Part shown: positions 22,001 to 34,271 of the stretch, piece by piece | Layout: each line of letters starts with the position of its first letter | How positions within the stretch are numbered: position 1 is the stretch's first letter | Source of the DNA: Hormiphora californensis | Lineage: Eukaryota; Animalia; Ctenophora | Reading direction: 5' to 3' | Assembly: GCA_020137815.1 (NCBI GenBank) | Contig: CM035359.1 | Span: 7,440,001 to 7,504,000, forward strand | DNA length: 64,000 bases | The notes under the pieces: generated by a model | The model's database searches: none | What the model saw: only the letters and a program-made list of their open reading frames with translations | Told to the model about the DNA's origin: nothing | Program-made: the position numbers and the translations under genes

Positions 22001-25000
22001 TCTCCTAGATCGTTAACCTCTTGAACAGAGACCTCGTTCTCCAGTAGAGAGAAATCATGGGTGGATCCACCGACCTTTAGGAATGTGGTTGCAATATTAA
22101 TCGCCCCTTATACAAATATATCGTCTCATATAAGATCAGTTGTTGTCTATCACTCAACTGCTGCGATTGATGCCCCTCTCTCACCTTGATGGTAGCCCTG
22201 GTAACCTCTCCGACCATGGAGCACTCTGTCACCTCTGGTACCTCCCAGATAGTAACAATAGCCCGGGCATAACAAGATGACTCCTGAGTATAGGAGATAT
22301 CCTTGCACTCAGTAGCCTGGACTCCCTTGTAGGATAGTGCGCACTGGTACACCTGGTCACCAATAGCGAGGGTCTCCTTAGGAATCTGGAGGGCAGAGTA
22401 GAGACCAGAGGCTCCCATAGATCGCTCAACGGTGTCATAGTCCTGTGGGAGGGAGGAGGAGGGTGTGTTAGTGATACAAAAAGGGTAGATGTAGATAAAC
22501 ACAGATGGTAAATGATGAAATTACTAAATATTACTCGGGGTCTCGCGGTGGCATTCTCCACTTCAAACTGAATGATAAACTACTAACCAGTTTCTCCCAC
22601 TCTCCGTCAACATGTTTGTACCAGTCAAGTGTGAACTCAGAATCCAGCATCTCCAGGCCCTTACCAACACAGACTACAGAGGTATCCGCACCAACGGGCT
22701 GTACAACACTGTAAGCCTCAACATCTGGGGAGGGAGAGGGGAGTGTGGTTGGTTTATTGGTTAGAGAGGGGTGTGACGGGTTGTACAACACTGTAAGCCT
22801 CAACATCTGGGGAGGGAGAGGGGAGTGTGGTTGGTTTATTGGTTAGAGAGAGGGGTGTGTGATAAGGAATTCCGGGGTATTTGTCTACTACAGGGAATAG
22901 CCAGGTGAATAAGATGAAATGAATCAGAAGAGAGAAAACAGGTTTAGTGGGTTTAGTTGGAGTTTGATAAGGTACTGGAACTATTGGAATACGTTGTAAT
23001 TTCTAAGCGGGGTAAGAGAGGATGGAGCGATGAGAGAGGGAACAACATACCGAAGATCTGGAAATCAGCAGGTTCACTCCACTGTCGTCCCTCGTGATCA
23101 GTGACCTGGCAGCTAATATCCATCTTACCACTGTTAACATCCACACCAGCAACTAGTGGGGGAGGGAGGGTTATGGTAACCATGGTAACACACACACCCA
23201 TAATGGTAACTGTATGGTAACCGCATAATGTTAACACATACTGGTAAGGATTGATATCTTTTTGTCCTCATCAGCATCGTATGTCTCCACAGAGAAGCCA
23301 CTGTTACCAGCCAGATTGTTACCATCCCCATCAACCCAGTGAACCTAAATAGTTATACTAGTGTTAACCTATCTGACAAGAGTGTTAACTAGAGTTAGTT
23401 ATACTAGTGTTAATATATATCTGTAAGAGTGTTAACTAGAGTTAACCTAAACACACACCCCCTCACACACATACCTTGACACGGTGGTGATGGTTGTATT
23501 TAGCGTTACAAATCAGCTGGACTCCGTTACCACTCCTAGTACACATCTTGGCATTGGTAACAGTTATCACGGGCTCACAACACCAGATAAACCTAGAGAG
23601 AAAAAGAGAGGGGTGTTACATGGTGGTACAGAAGATATATGGGTACATGGGTGAGAGGGGTGTTACCAGGCGGTCTATAGAGGTGACCGCGGTGAGTACA
23701 TACCTGTCCTCAACGTGACACTGGTAGGGGGATGTCTCCCTCCACACAAACTCGTAACAATCCTGACACTCCTCCACAACAGTCCTGATGGAAGGTAGTT
23801 GTAAATAGTAGGGCTAGTATAGCAATATGTGGGGTAAGTCGGGAGGTCTTCAGAGAAATTATGGGGGGGGGGGGGGCAAGGCCAAAAAAAGCCAGATCAA
23901 TCCCGGATTTTAGGGCGGGTCTGGCTTTTTTTGGCTTTTTTTTGGCCCTACTTTTTTGGTCATTTTGGCATGTAATTCTGACATTATATGGTCTGTTTGA
24001 CATTAAAAACACTTTAAAATGGCTTCTTTGATCTAGTTTTACCATTTTATATCGTTAGGAAAAAAATTTTATACCGAAAAAAGTTTGATATAAAAAAGCC
24101 AGATCAAAAAAAGCCAAAAAAGCCAGATCAAAAAAAGCCAAAAAAAGCCAGATCAAAACTGCTAAATCAAAAAAAGCCAGATCAAAAAAAGCCAAAAAAA
24201 GCCAAAAAAGGCCAATAAAAGCCAAAAAAGGCCAAAAAAAGCCAGATCAAAAAAGGCCAGATCAAAAAAAGCCAAAAAAAGCCAGATCAAAAAAAGCCAA
24301 AAAAAGCCAGATCAAAAAAAGCCAGATCAGACCCGGATTTCAGGGCGGGTTTGGCTTTTTTTGGCCTTGCCCCCCCCCCCATTATATGAGTAAATGCTAG
24401 TAAATTGTAGAACTAAGTAGAATTCGGGGCTGCTTTATTCGGGGTGCTGATTGTAGAAGAGTTGTGTCACTCACCAGTCACCGAATGAGCAGTCCTCATC
24501 TTCTCCCCGTGCCCTGATTGATCTGACCACATCTGTGTCACAGAGTTTATCATCACCTGGAGAAGTGTCAAAATATTAGCAACAATTAGCAATTAACATA
24601 TATCAGCAATTATCATATTAGCAACCATGATAATAAATGGTAAATTCAAAAGGTTTGCAGGAGAGGTCCACTGAGAAGCGAATTGCTAGATGGTTCTACT
24701 TACCACCCTTGCCCCAGGTGTTAACGAACTTCTGTTCACTATCACAGTTCTCAATACAAGTAGTGTAACATCAGAGAACTTGACTGTAGGTACAACTTCA
24801 GGTACAACAGGTACAGTAGGGTGCTGGTGTGGGTGCTGGTGTGGGTTCAGGAACGGCACCACAGGCACCCTTCACAAACGAGATGGCACTTCCAGATATA
24901 CTGACACTCATTGTGTCACCAGTCCTCAGGGTGTACTGCTTCTCTTTAGGCTCGTAGACAACACCAGAACAGTCTGATTAGATGGGGGAGTGGGGGAGGT

Positions 25001-25925
25001 TAGAATGAGTAGAGTAGTATGGGATGGGGGTCAGTACACAACACCAGAACAAACTGATCATGGGGAGGAGGGAGGTTAGAATGAGTAGAGTAGTATGGGA
25101 TGGGGGTCAGTACACAACACCAGAACATTCTGATCATGGGGAGTGGGGAGGTTAGAATTAGTAGTAGGGGAGATAAGTATGAGGCGCACAACTCCCGAAC
25201 AATCTGATATGCAAAAGGGAGCTGGGAGGGGGTTGGTATGGTACTGCAGGGGGGACTAAGATGGTATTTCTCCAATGGTACTGCAGTGATCACTCACCAT
25301 CATAGTCGGAGCACTCGCTCAGGGCGTCTCCCTCAGAGAGGAAGGCAATACGTCCCCTGGTCAGATAGTTATCAATGTGGTAGTCTGGTACCCTGCACCA
25401 CTCCCTTCGGTAGTCCTCTCCGCTCTAGGGGGGGGGGGGGGGGGGTGTTAGCAAGGTTAGAGGGGACAAGGAGGGTGGGGTGTTAAGGTAGTCGGGTACC
25501 CTGCACCACTCCCTTCGGTAGTCTTCTCCGCTCTAGGGGGGGGGGGGTTTAGAAAGGTTAGAGGGGACAAGGAGGGTGGGGTGTTAAGGTAGTCGGGTAC
25601 CATGCACCACTCCCTTCGGTAGTCTTCTCCGCTCTAGGGGGGGGGGGGGATTAGCAAGGTTAGAGGGGACAAGGAGGGGACATGGAGAGGGTTGAAGAGG
25701 TTACTGTTGGGTTTTAGCTAACATTTGAGGGGCTGGAGAGGAGTGAGATAGTTATGGTGTGCTAGGGCTGGGGGAGGGAAGGTTGAAAAAATGGGTGGCA
25801 ACTAGGTGTTATTGTGGCCAGTATTCCTATACTACAAGAGACACACTGACCTCTTGGGTAACATCAGAGATTAGCAGTTGACTAGCAGAGACAATCCCTA
25901 CGAGAAGTAGGGGAAGGAACAGCAT
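16080..25925 (-). CDS. Large secreted Cys-rich protein: signal peptide, PAN/apple-like module, Ig-like domains and C-terminal divergent thrombospondin-type-1 repeats; >20 exons
   Basis: Signal peptide MLFLPLLLVGIVSA. Ig-like segments VVCVGKG...LDWYK...SALQI...VYQCAL. TSP1-like segments WTDWG, WSPWVAVSKC...RFIRDCSC and YEWGEWSGRNC...RYRVCKC. No TM segment seen. Frameshifts near 24750-24820. Confidence 0.7.
20205..21352 (-). repeat. 46-bp minisatellite (~25 copies) made of a splice acceptor plus the first exon bases
   Basis: Unit acctaacatctggagagggaggaggggtggtgaggaactattcgcg. On the minus strand each copy reads ...ctccctctccAG|ATGTTAGGT. Confidence 0.95.
23863..24380. mobile_element. Intronic MITE with poly-G/poly-C TIRs and internal (aaaaaagccagatc)n repeats
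   Basis: G-run+caaggccaaaaaaagcca at the left end and tggctttttttggccttg+C-run at the right end; attat on both flanks. Confidence 0.85.
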
Positions 25926-26179
25926 TGTATCACGAGTGAGAGATCCTGAGTCGATCAGTGTCGTCACCTCTCAACTCACCTGCTTTTTATATTTTGAATG
26001 GTGGGATTTGTTTTGTCTGTGGACTGGTTAATGTTATGTCTGACACGTCAGACTACATGTGGGTCATAATAACCCACCACGCACACCATGCAATGTTATA
26101 ACAATTCAGGCCACATAATGCCAACTTGTTTTGTTCGACCCTCCCTCCCCGTGGTTTGAACAAAACAAATGCCACCCTG

Positions 26180-26457
26180 TTATAAACCACCCCCCCTGCT
26201 GATATTTCCCGCAGTCTACTGTGGTATATCAAATAATTCCCTCCCTCTGTTTTCACACCTTTCATAATTCCCGGGGTCGTTTTATAAGAAATAACCACGG
26301 CTAGTAAAGTGATGAAATCTGATAATCCCCTACGGGGATTATCACACGATATTCCCCTCGTCACTCCGTTCCTCGTGGATATCGTATTGATATACCAGCC
26401 TAATAGGCTGGTATATCAGATTTCATCCCTCTACTAACCGGGGTTATCTATATTATA
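26180..26457. mobile_element. Structured dispersed repeat (sub-terminal IR plus terminal cloverleaf), copy 1; Helentron/DINE-like
   Basis: Shares its 5' ~60 bp and 3' end with 59522-59932, and ends in a four-way junction of hairpins. Confidence 0.6.
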
Positions 26458-26884
26458 ACAATTCGGGCCGCATAATACCAGGGTCGAATGAGGTGATGTG
26501 GCCATGTACCTGTCCACTGGACATAATGCCAATGCTCTAATGCTCTCATGACCGTGATACTGTCTCTTATCTTGTCTGTCTTTCTGTCTCTGAAGCTCCA
26601 TTATTCGTATGTTTAAAATTTAAAACACGTCAGATAAAGTGTGGTAAGATCGATTATAAAACATTATTTACAGGCTGATATTAATCTAAAATAAATATTA
26701 CAACAAGATCTCTAATAAGTATATTCAACAATATATTTACATCTGATCTGATAGAAAAAAGAAGAATTCTCACAAGAAGCCTTCAAGCATACCTCCATTA
26801 TATTAGTCCGAGGACAATATACCCCACAGTTCTCTTGCCAGTGCAGTAGAAACTATTTCTCTCTGACTAGTAGAAAGAGAGCAA

Positions 26885-29366
26885 TTAGTTCTCCCCGACT
26901 GGACTGGTAACGGAAGGTGCAGCAGAGGAGGCGCGAGATGATCCAAAGTTTTCGTTCAACTCCAAGTCCTTCTTTTCCTTCTCTCCTAGCTTCTTCAGAG
27001 TGGACAGATCGTAATCTCTAATAGTCTTACCTGGGCAAATATGTTAAAAACTGTTAATTACTGACGTAAAAGAGATGAAGAGAGAATTTAAACTCCCTCA
27101 ACAAATCCCTGTCCGACGGTGCCAACCCGATCTGAGCGCACTGCCGAGGGCCTGGCACACCGCCAGTGATACCCCCCCCCCCGATATTTCTTACCGATGA
27201 TTCCAATTCCATAACACAATAGGTCAGAGGAGGTAACTTCAGGGCAGATGGAGCACAGAGGATTATCCAACATTGCAGTCACCATGGGAGAGTGGGCAGA
27301 GAAGGGCCTTGCCAAACGAGCTCCTCTGACTAAAATAGGAAGGAGGAGTTAGAATAAGGCAGTTAGTGAAGGCTAAGATATAAATTATGGTTTCTCCAAT
27401 CACCAACCAATCTCCAACCAATCTCCAACCAATCTCCAACCAATCTCCAACTAATCTCCAACTAATCTCCAGCCAATCTAAAACTGTAGTTTTTCATTTT
27501 GCCCATTTTTGCCCACTTTGGCCCATTTTTGCCCATATGGGCAAAACCAAAATTCGCTGGGATTATGGGCAATGGGCAAAAAAAAGGTGTCGGCCCCCCA
27601 GTCGACTTCAAAAACTTCAAAAACTAAAAGGGTAGGAAACTTCAGCCCCCCCCCTAAAAATCTCCACTTACTTTCTGACTCTCCTATATTCAGCAGCGGT
27701 AGGACCACTTTTAGAGTCCACCAGACCTTTCAATTTGAAGTAGTGAGGATATCGCTCCTCCAGCTCCCTCTCTGAAGTAACTCGCTGACTTATATTGAAG
27801 GAGTCGGATCTGAACAACCTAAATCGGGAGGAACAGATAACAATGAATGGAATGTTATATTTTAAGATCTCAGTTTCAAGTTTCAACCCCTCCCAAACTC
27901 ACCGCCCCATTTCCGTTCTGATACTGTCCTCATCAGCCTCTTGGAAGGTCAGGGTGGTACACTTGATTAACAGCTCGTACAGTCCCTCAAAGAACATCTT
28001 GTCTTTCCTTGTTTTAGAGTAACGCAACCTACAGCGAGGAGTTATAGAGTTCCTGTTTTTGTGTTAGGCAACGATATAAAAGTACTAAATACTGTATATG
28101 TTTCCACGGCTTCAAATAAATTTGTGTCTCGTGTGAAAGAGATAATAGCAACATTATGAACGGTTCAATATACATTTGTACTGATTTGCTACTACATACA
28201 TACGTGTATTAACTTACTTGCCCCCGTTCAAATGATGTATCTCCCCACACCTCTGGCCCAACAGGAATGCCCCGTAAACAGTGGATAGTAACTTGTGCGC
28301 CTCAACTAGTGCCATCTCGTCCAGTTTCTCGCGTTGTTGTTCCTCAAGACTCTGTCCACTTAGAGGGAGCATGAGACTGGGGGTCCGTTAGATTGGGGCA
28401 CATGGGACAATAATAAATCAGATAATATATTACAACAAACTTACGCCATCATAGGTCTCGGTTTCTTGTTGTCTTGTGTTACAAAGTACTTCTCAAAGAA
28501 CTTCAGAGTGCAACAAATAATCTCGTCAACTAGAGGGGACCTGAAAAAGGGGGAATGAAACTGAGAAGTGTTTAATGGGACGTCATGATATTCTTTTCAA
28601 TATCCTTCCCTTCCCCATTTCCACGCCCCCTCCTATTTCGCACCAGTTACAGATTAATACCCTGATATCAGGGGACGCTCCCTGATATCAGGGCACGGCG
28701 CGTTCCTGCATGCCCGGCCATCATGATGGCCGGGCATGCAGATGGTTCTGTGGGAACCATGCGACATTGCTGCGCGTCACGTAAATTGAATGGAAAGTAG
28801 AGCTAACGCGCATGTCAGCACTCACTTGCCTCCCGACCATACAGCTTGGGAACTGATGCATGGGAATCTCTAACTGGTGCCTTTTCCACACCCTTCCCTC
28901 TCAGCTCCCCTGCTATGTGGTTTATGTGCTAAAAGATACCCCTTTATTACCACTGTAACAGCTGCAACATTTCGAGAAGGGCCACCTGATATTGCTCTTT
29001 GAATCAGACCCGTAAAACTCAGCAGTCCCACCCTAACAAATCTCAGACAACACTACTGACTACATAATGTCTCGTAAGGTTCCAGAAGTGGAGCTTCACT
29101 TTCCTCCGCTCCACAAATTTGATTGTCTACCATCCAACACACTACACATGGTCCAATACCACAATTCTCAGTAGCCCCATATTCTAATTCATGGGGGAAT
29201 TCATGGCTTCATTCATAGATCTAGTATCAGACAGACTCAAAGTATATATGTCCTCCCTCCATTTGAGTAGCCTAATTCAGTAATTCTTCTATCACCCTAA
29301 TTTTAGCATTGCTGCACCTCCTGTGACCTTCAGTGAGGTGATTCTTGGGCGAAGAAATAGAACAAA

Positions 29367-29439
<73 letters not shown>

Positions 29440-30591
29440 CGATAGAGAGAGAAAGGAAGAGAACAACTCGGAAGACTATGACCTCAAATAAGACCTGTAG
29501 CAGGATAAAACCAGGGTAAATTATCAATTTTAAGTCCATGCAGGCGGCGGGCCTGGTATAAAGGACCTTTGTTGTAGATGATAACGGATTTTGAAAGGAA
29601 CCGTGTTCCATATCCCGCCAAATATTTTGGGGAATTGGGGATCCTTAATCTTGTTTCTGCAAATTGTGCACTTTTAATTTGAATTTTGCAATAATTTCGA
29701 TACCCAGTCGCGATATATAATGGTTGAAGCTATCGGAGTTATAGTATCTTTCTCTCTTGCTATATTTATCACTTCAATCGTTCACAAAATTGTCTAAAAG
29801 TCGGTTGGGCAATCCAATTTGGTAAATGGAAACTGAAATACGAACTGAGGGGGTGAAGGTTAGAGACTGAATCTTGGTAATGATGAGTGAGAGAGAGAGG
29901 GAGAGAGAGAGATAGAGAGAGGAGTTAGTTTGAGGAAGGTGGGAGCTAGTCTCCTAGTTCCATCCTCAGTCTGCAGAGAATCACCTGATTCCTAAGGTCA
30001 CCGAGGCATCCCCAATCTTGTTACGTGTGTGCGTGATGAGCATGATAGTTATTTGAAGAGTAACTCCAGCCACTTTGTTACACAGTGTCAGGCGACTCAA
30101 TTTGTTACATCTTTGTGATGTGGTAGCTGACTAGCTGGTGTGTTTGGGAATTAAGTTGTGTTGTTGATGGTAATGGCCGCGGTAATGGTTTCCTTATCCA
30201 ATACATCCATTATTAGACTCTCATTCCACTCTATGAGTTGGCAATTGGCATAAACAAAATTCATTCAAAATTATTGTAAGTTGGTCAGTTGAGTAGAACT
30301 TAACTACCCCAGTTTATCAAACTCTCCATCAGTTCCTGATTCTATACCTTGTATAAGCTTTAGTAAACCCTTGAATGATTATAATGATTACGTCATAATG
30401 TTCGACGCCATATGAATCTCTACATACGGCGTTACAAATATATCGAGTTTCTTCTGCAACTGTTTCACTGATTTCCCATTTCTCGAATAGGTCAAATTCT
30501 TTTGTTAAATCCACTGTCTATAACCACTACACCTGGTTTTTCATAGGTGCTACTTCTTCCACACAACGGCAAACACACCCTACTTGTTTTA

Positions 30592-30662
<71 letters not shown>

Positions 30663-33274
30663 CTGCCCCTACCAACCTCTCCCTCCCTCTCCCACACCCT
30701 CTCTCATTTAGCCAGACGTGGTTTGATTTCATGTTGATTATATCGCTCCTCCTCCTCCTTCTCCCTGGGAGGGCGGTGGCCACTATATCTCGAGGTCCAG
30801 GGGTCTGTGTGGCATACGATGTGTGTGAGACTAGTGGTGCACTACCCTGTCCAAACAACACCGCCGCCCAACCCCTTGTGGGGGAGGATGTTAGGGAGGT
30901 TCTCGCTGGAATATGCCCACATCTCAGGTAATGCATAATGGATCAGGATCTCAGAGTGACATCTTCTTTAATGAGGTCATAATGACGTCATGACGTCATA
31001 ATGGATTGAGATCGTGTAAATTATTTCATATTTCAGTGATGAGGATCTGTTGTGTTGTTCGGAGGCTCAAGTTACAGCCCTGAAAAACCAACTCTCTCGA
31101 GCGGAGTTCATACTTTCCGGTTGTGAGAACTGCTACCGGAATTTCCGTTCTGTGTTTTGTGACATGGTGTGTCATCCTGATCAGGTACTGACTATGTCTT
31201 AATACAGTGAGTAATGGTAACCATGGTAACGAGAATAGTAACTAATGTTCACCATGGTAACGCGAATGGTTAACACAATTCTGTTACAGTCGGAGTTTTT
31301 AAACGTTACGGAAACCGACATGTCAGGAGATAATGTGGAGTATGTCAGCAAATTCTCCTACTATCTCACCTACGAATATGCTAATGGGGTAATTAGAGGG
31401 GCAATTAGAGGGGTATTTAGTGGGGTAATTGGAGGGGTAATTAGATGTGTAATTAGAGCTAGAGATGATTAGAGGTGCATAATAGGAAGGGTAATTAGTA
31501 ACTACTACACTTACTAGACTATACTTGTATGACCCATTTGAAACCCCATTTCAGATGTATGAGAGTTGCAAAAAGTTTCCCACGGCACTTTGTTTTGGTT
31601 GGTTTAGCTGTACTCTAGATGAAACATACGAATTTCTAGGTAACTGTATAACCAAGTGGTAACCATGTTATTAACATGGTGTTAACCATAGGTAACCATG
31701 GTAACTACTTAAAACTACATGGTTCAAAACAAACCACATTGTCATAATAACCATGGTAACCACTTTGTGATTTTCTAGGTGACAACAGCTTTACTACTCT
31801 TAAAACTGATTACCACTATGAAAAGGACACCCCAGCTCCCTACAAACCTCCCTCTTCTGACCATCTGAGGACCTGTGACTACTACGGGGAATGGGACAGG
31901 TATGAAGGGTGCAAGTACCCCTTCCTTTAGGGGGGGGGGGGGCATTGATCTTCACCTTTGTTAGCTCCATTATGTGGATTGGGATGTGGCGGATGGGATT
32001 GAAATTAGGTTTAGTAGGTCTCATCCTTGATATTGAGAGTGTATGTTGTAAACAGCAAAAACAAGATGAATTCATCTTGTCTTTGCTGTTTACAACATAC
32101 ACTCTCAATATCAAGGATGAGACCTATTAAACCTAATAGCTCCATTATGGGTCTAATACAATTATTATAATATTACAAATTTACCTTATTTTGTCCACAA
32201 CAAAAATATCTTGATTTGTAATGCCCGAGAGTTTTATACTATTGGTTGTCAGGTGTATATGTAACAAGTGCACTTCTACCTGTGACAATGAGCACGGTCA
32301 GGATGGTTTGGTTCACTCTAATGGTATCTGTATCTCAACCACTCTGGGCTCTGATAGTATAACAGTGGACACTACTACTGCACTGGAATGGGATGCAACC
32401 TCTTCTGAGTGCAGGTGAAATATATACCGTACACACTATGAGACACGCAATCACACATTTTGACACCGATTAAAGCCAGGTGCCTATCCAGTATCCAGGG
32501 TTTCAAATACACACACAAAATACACACCCGTACAGATAACAACCACTTCCTACTAGCAGCTGGCATGTGTGGTCCCTCTGAATCTTTATATTCTGTTTCA
32601 GGGAAATGGTGACAACACACTGTCCCATCGCTGGTTAATACACCTGTATGCTGTAGTTCATGTAGACATTGTCGCAGTTACAAGCGTTTTCAACAAACTT
32701 GATGTATTGTTTGGAAGCTGTGGCAACTGTAAGGTAGGATTCAACAGTACTATACTTGTAGAATCAATCAATGGTATCATTCAAGGAAACATGATCGTGA
32801 GCTGATACAATTATAGTAATGATTCAGTCTCTCCCATCATGTCTATTGTCTATACAGTAATGTCTCTCATCCCATCCTGTTTAGGAGAATCTGAGGACTC
32901 TGATGTGTCGATACTTCATCTCCCAAGACCAGTCACTATTAGTTAATGGGATCCTTGGTACCACAGATAACACCCTAACTGGTAAGTGCAACCCCACTAG
33001 GCCCTTTCAAAGTTGGGTTTTAACCCAAAGTATTTACAACCCGGACTATATCTGATACTAGATAGGTCTTGTCTTTTAACCCCAATATTGTGCTTTGTCT
33101 TCTAAACCCAAGTGTGACAGAGTGGTTTTTTAGGAGCTCAGTTGGTTTTGGGAAGTGATACAGTGGACGTAATATTCAAATCGTGTATGAATGTGACAGC
33201 TTACAGCGGGACCTGCAAGGATAGAACCTGTTCATTGTCGGTGAGAAAAAGAGGGGAGAGAGAGAGAGAGAGAA

Positions 33275-33340
<66 letters not shown>

Positions 33341-33363
33341 AAAGAGAGAGAGAGATAGAGTCT

Positions 33364-33405
<42 letters not shown>

Positions 33406-34079
33406 TAGAGAGAGATAGAGTCTAGAGAGAGATATGGAGCTGAGAATCATGGTAACACTAAAAACACCCTTCCCGGTAGACGTTGTTGGATGATCTATTC
33501 GAGGAGTCAGATCTAGCAATCAAGCCAACACTAAAGGTCTATGATGGACCCAGCGATTCTCCCTACAGCACCCCCTACTCTGATTTTAATAGGTGTAATG
33601 CAGGTGAATATAATAGGGCTAATTTGGGGCCCTCTCATTTATTCACATATTCGAACGATTAATAATACATTTTAATACTCCAATTATCCCTCTCCCTATA
33701 TCAGAGGCGGGACTGTGTTCATGTGCGGATTGTCCTGCTGCATGTGATAAGTACAAGCACGAACCAGACTACTGCCTTCTAACTGGATATGTTGATGGAC
33801 AGTTCAGTGTGGAAGGAACTGACGCATTCAATGTAAGGATCTAACCTTCCCCTAAGAAGAAGAAAAAGAAGTCTAGCCTCGATCTATTACCGGTCTCAAA
33901 AAGGGGAAATTGTGTGTTCGGTGAAATTAGTTGCACCTTCAAATCTATTTCAGTCAATTGTGGACGATATCCTGAAGACCACGTGTCCACTGTACAGTAG
34001 GCAGGAGAACACGTGTTGTACAGATAAAATGATGGTCAAGGTTACTGAAATGGTGGAAAAACTAACACAGGCAAGAGAG

Positions 34080-34137
<58 letters not shown>

Positions 34138-34138
34138 A

Positions 34139-34181
<43 letters not shown>

Positions 34182-34222
34182 GAAGGAGAGAGTAAGAGAG
34201 TGAGAGAAAGTGAGAGAGAGAA

Positions 34223-34271
<49 letters not shown>

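Noticed and set aside
28826-29611. N-terminal exons of PPP1R36 or another nested gene
   Set aside because: Coding-like composition but stops in all frames, and the PPP1R36 N-terminal motifs are at 54.9-55.8 kb. A small exon here cannot be excluded.
33241-33430. Intron lacking any polypyrimidine tract as a novel intron class
   Set aside because: The region is an (AG)n run next to frameshifted exons, so local misassembly is as likely and the acceptor cannot be placed.
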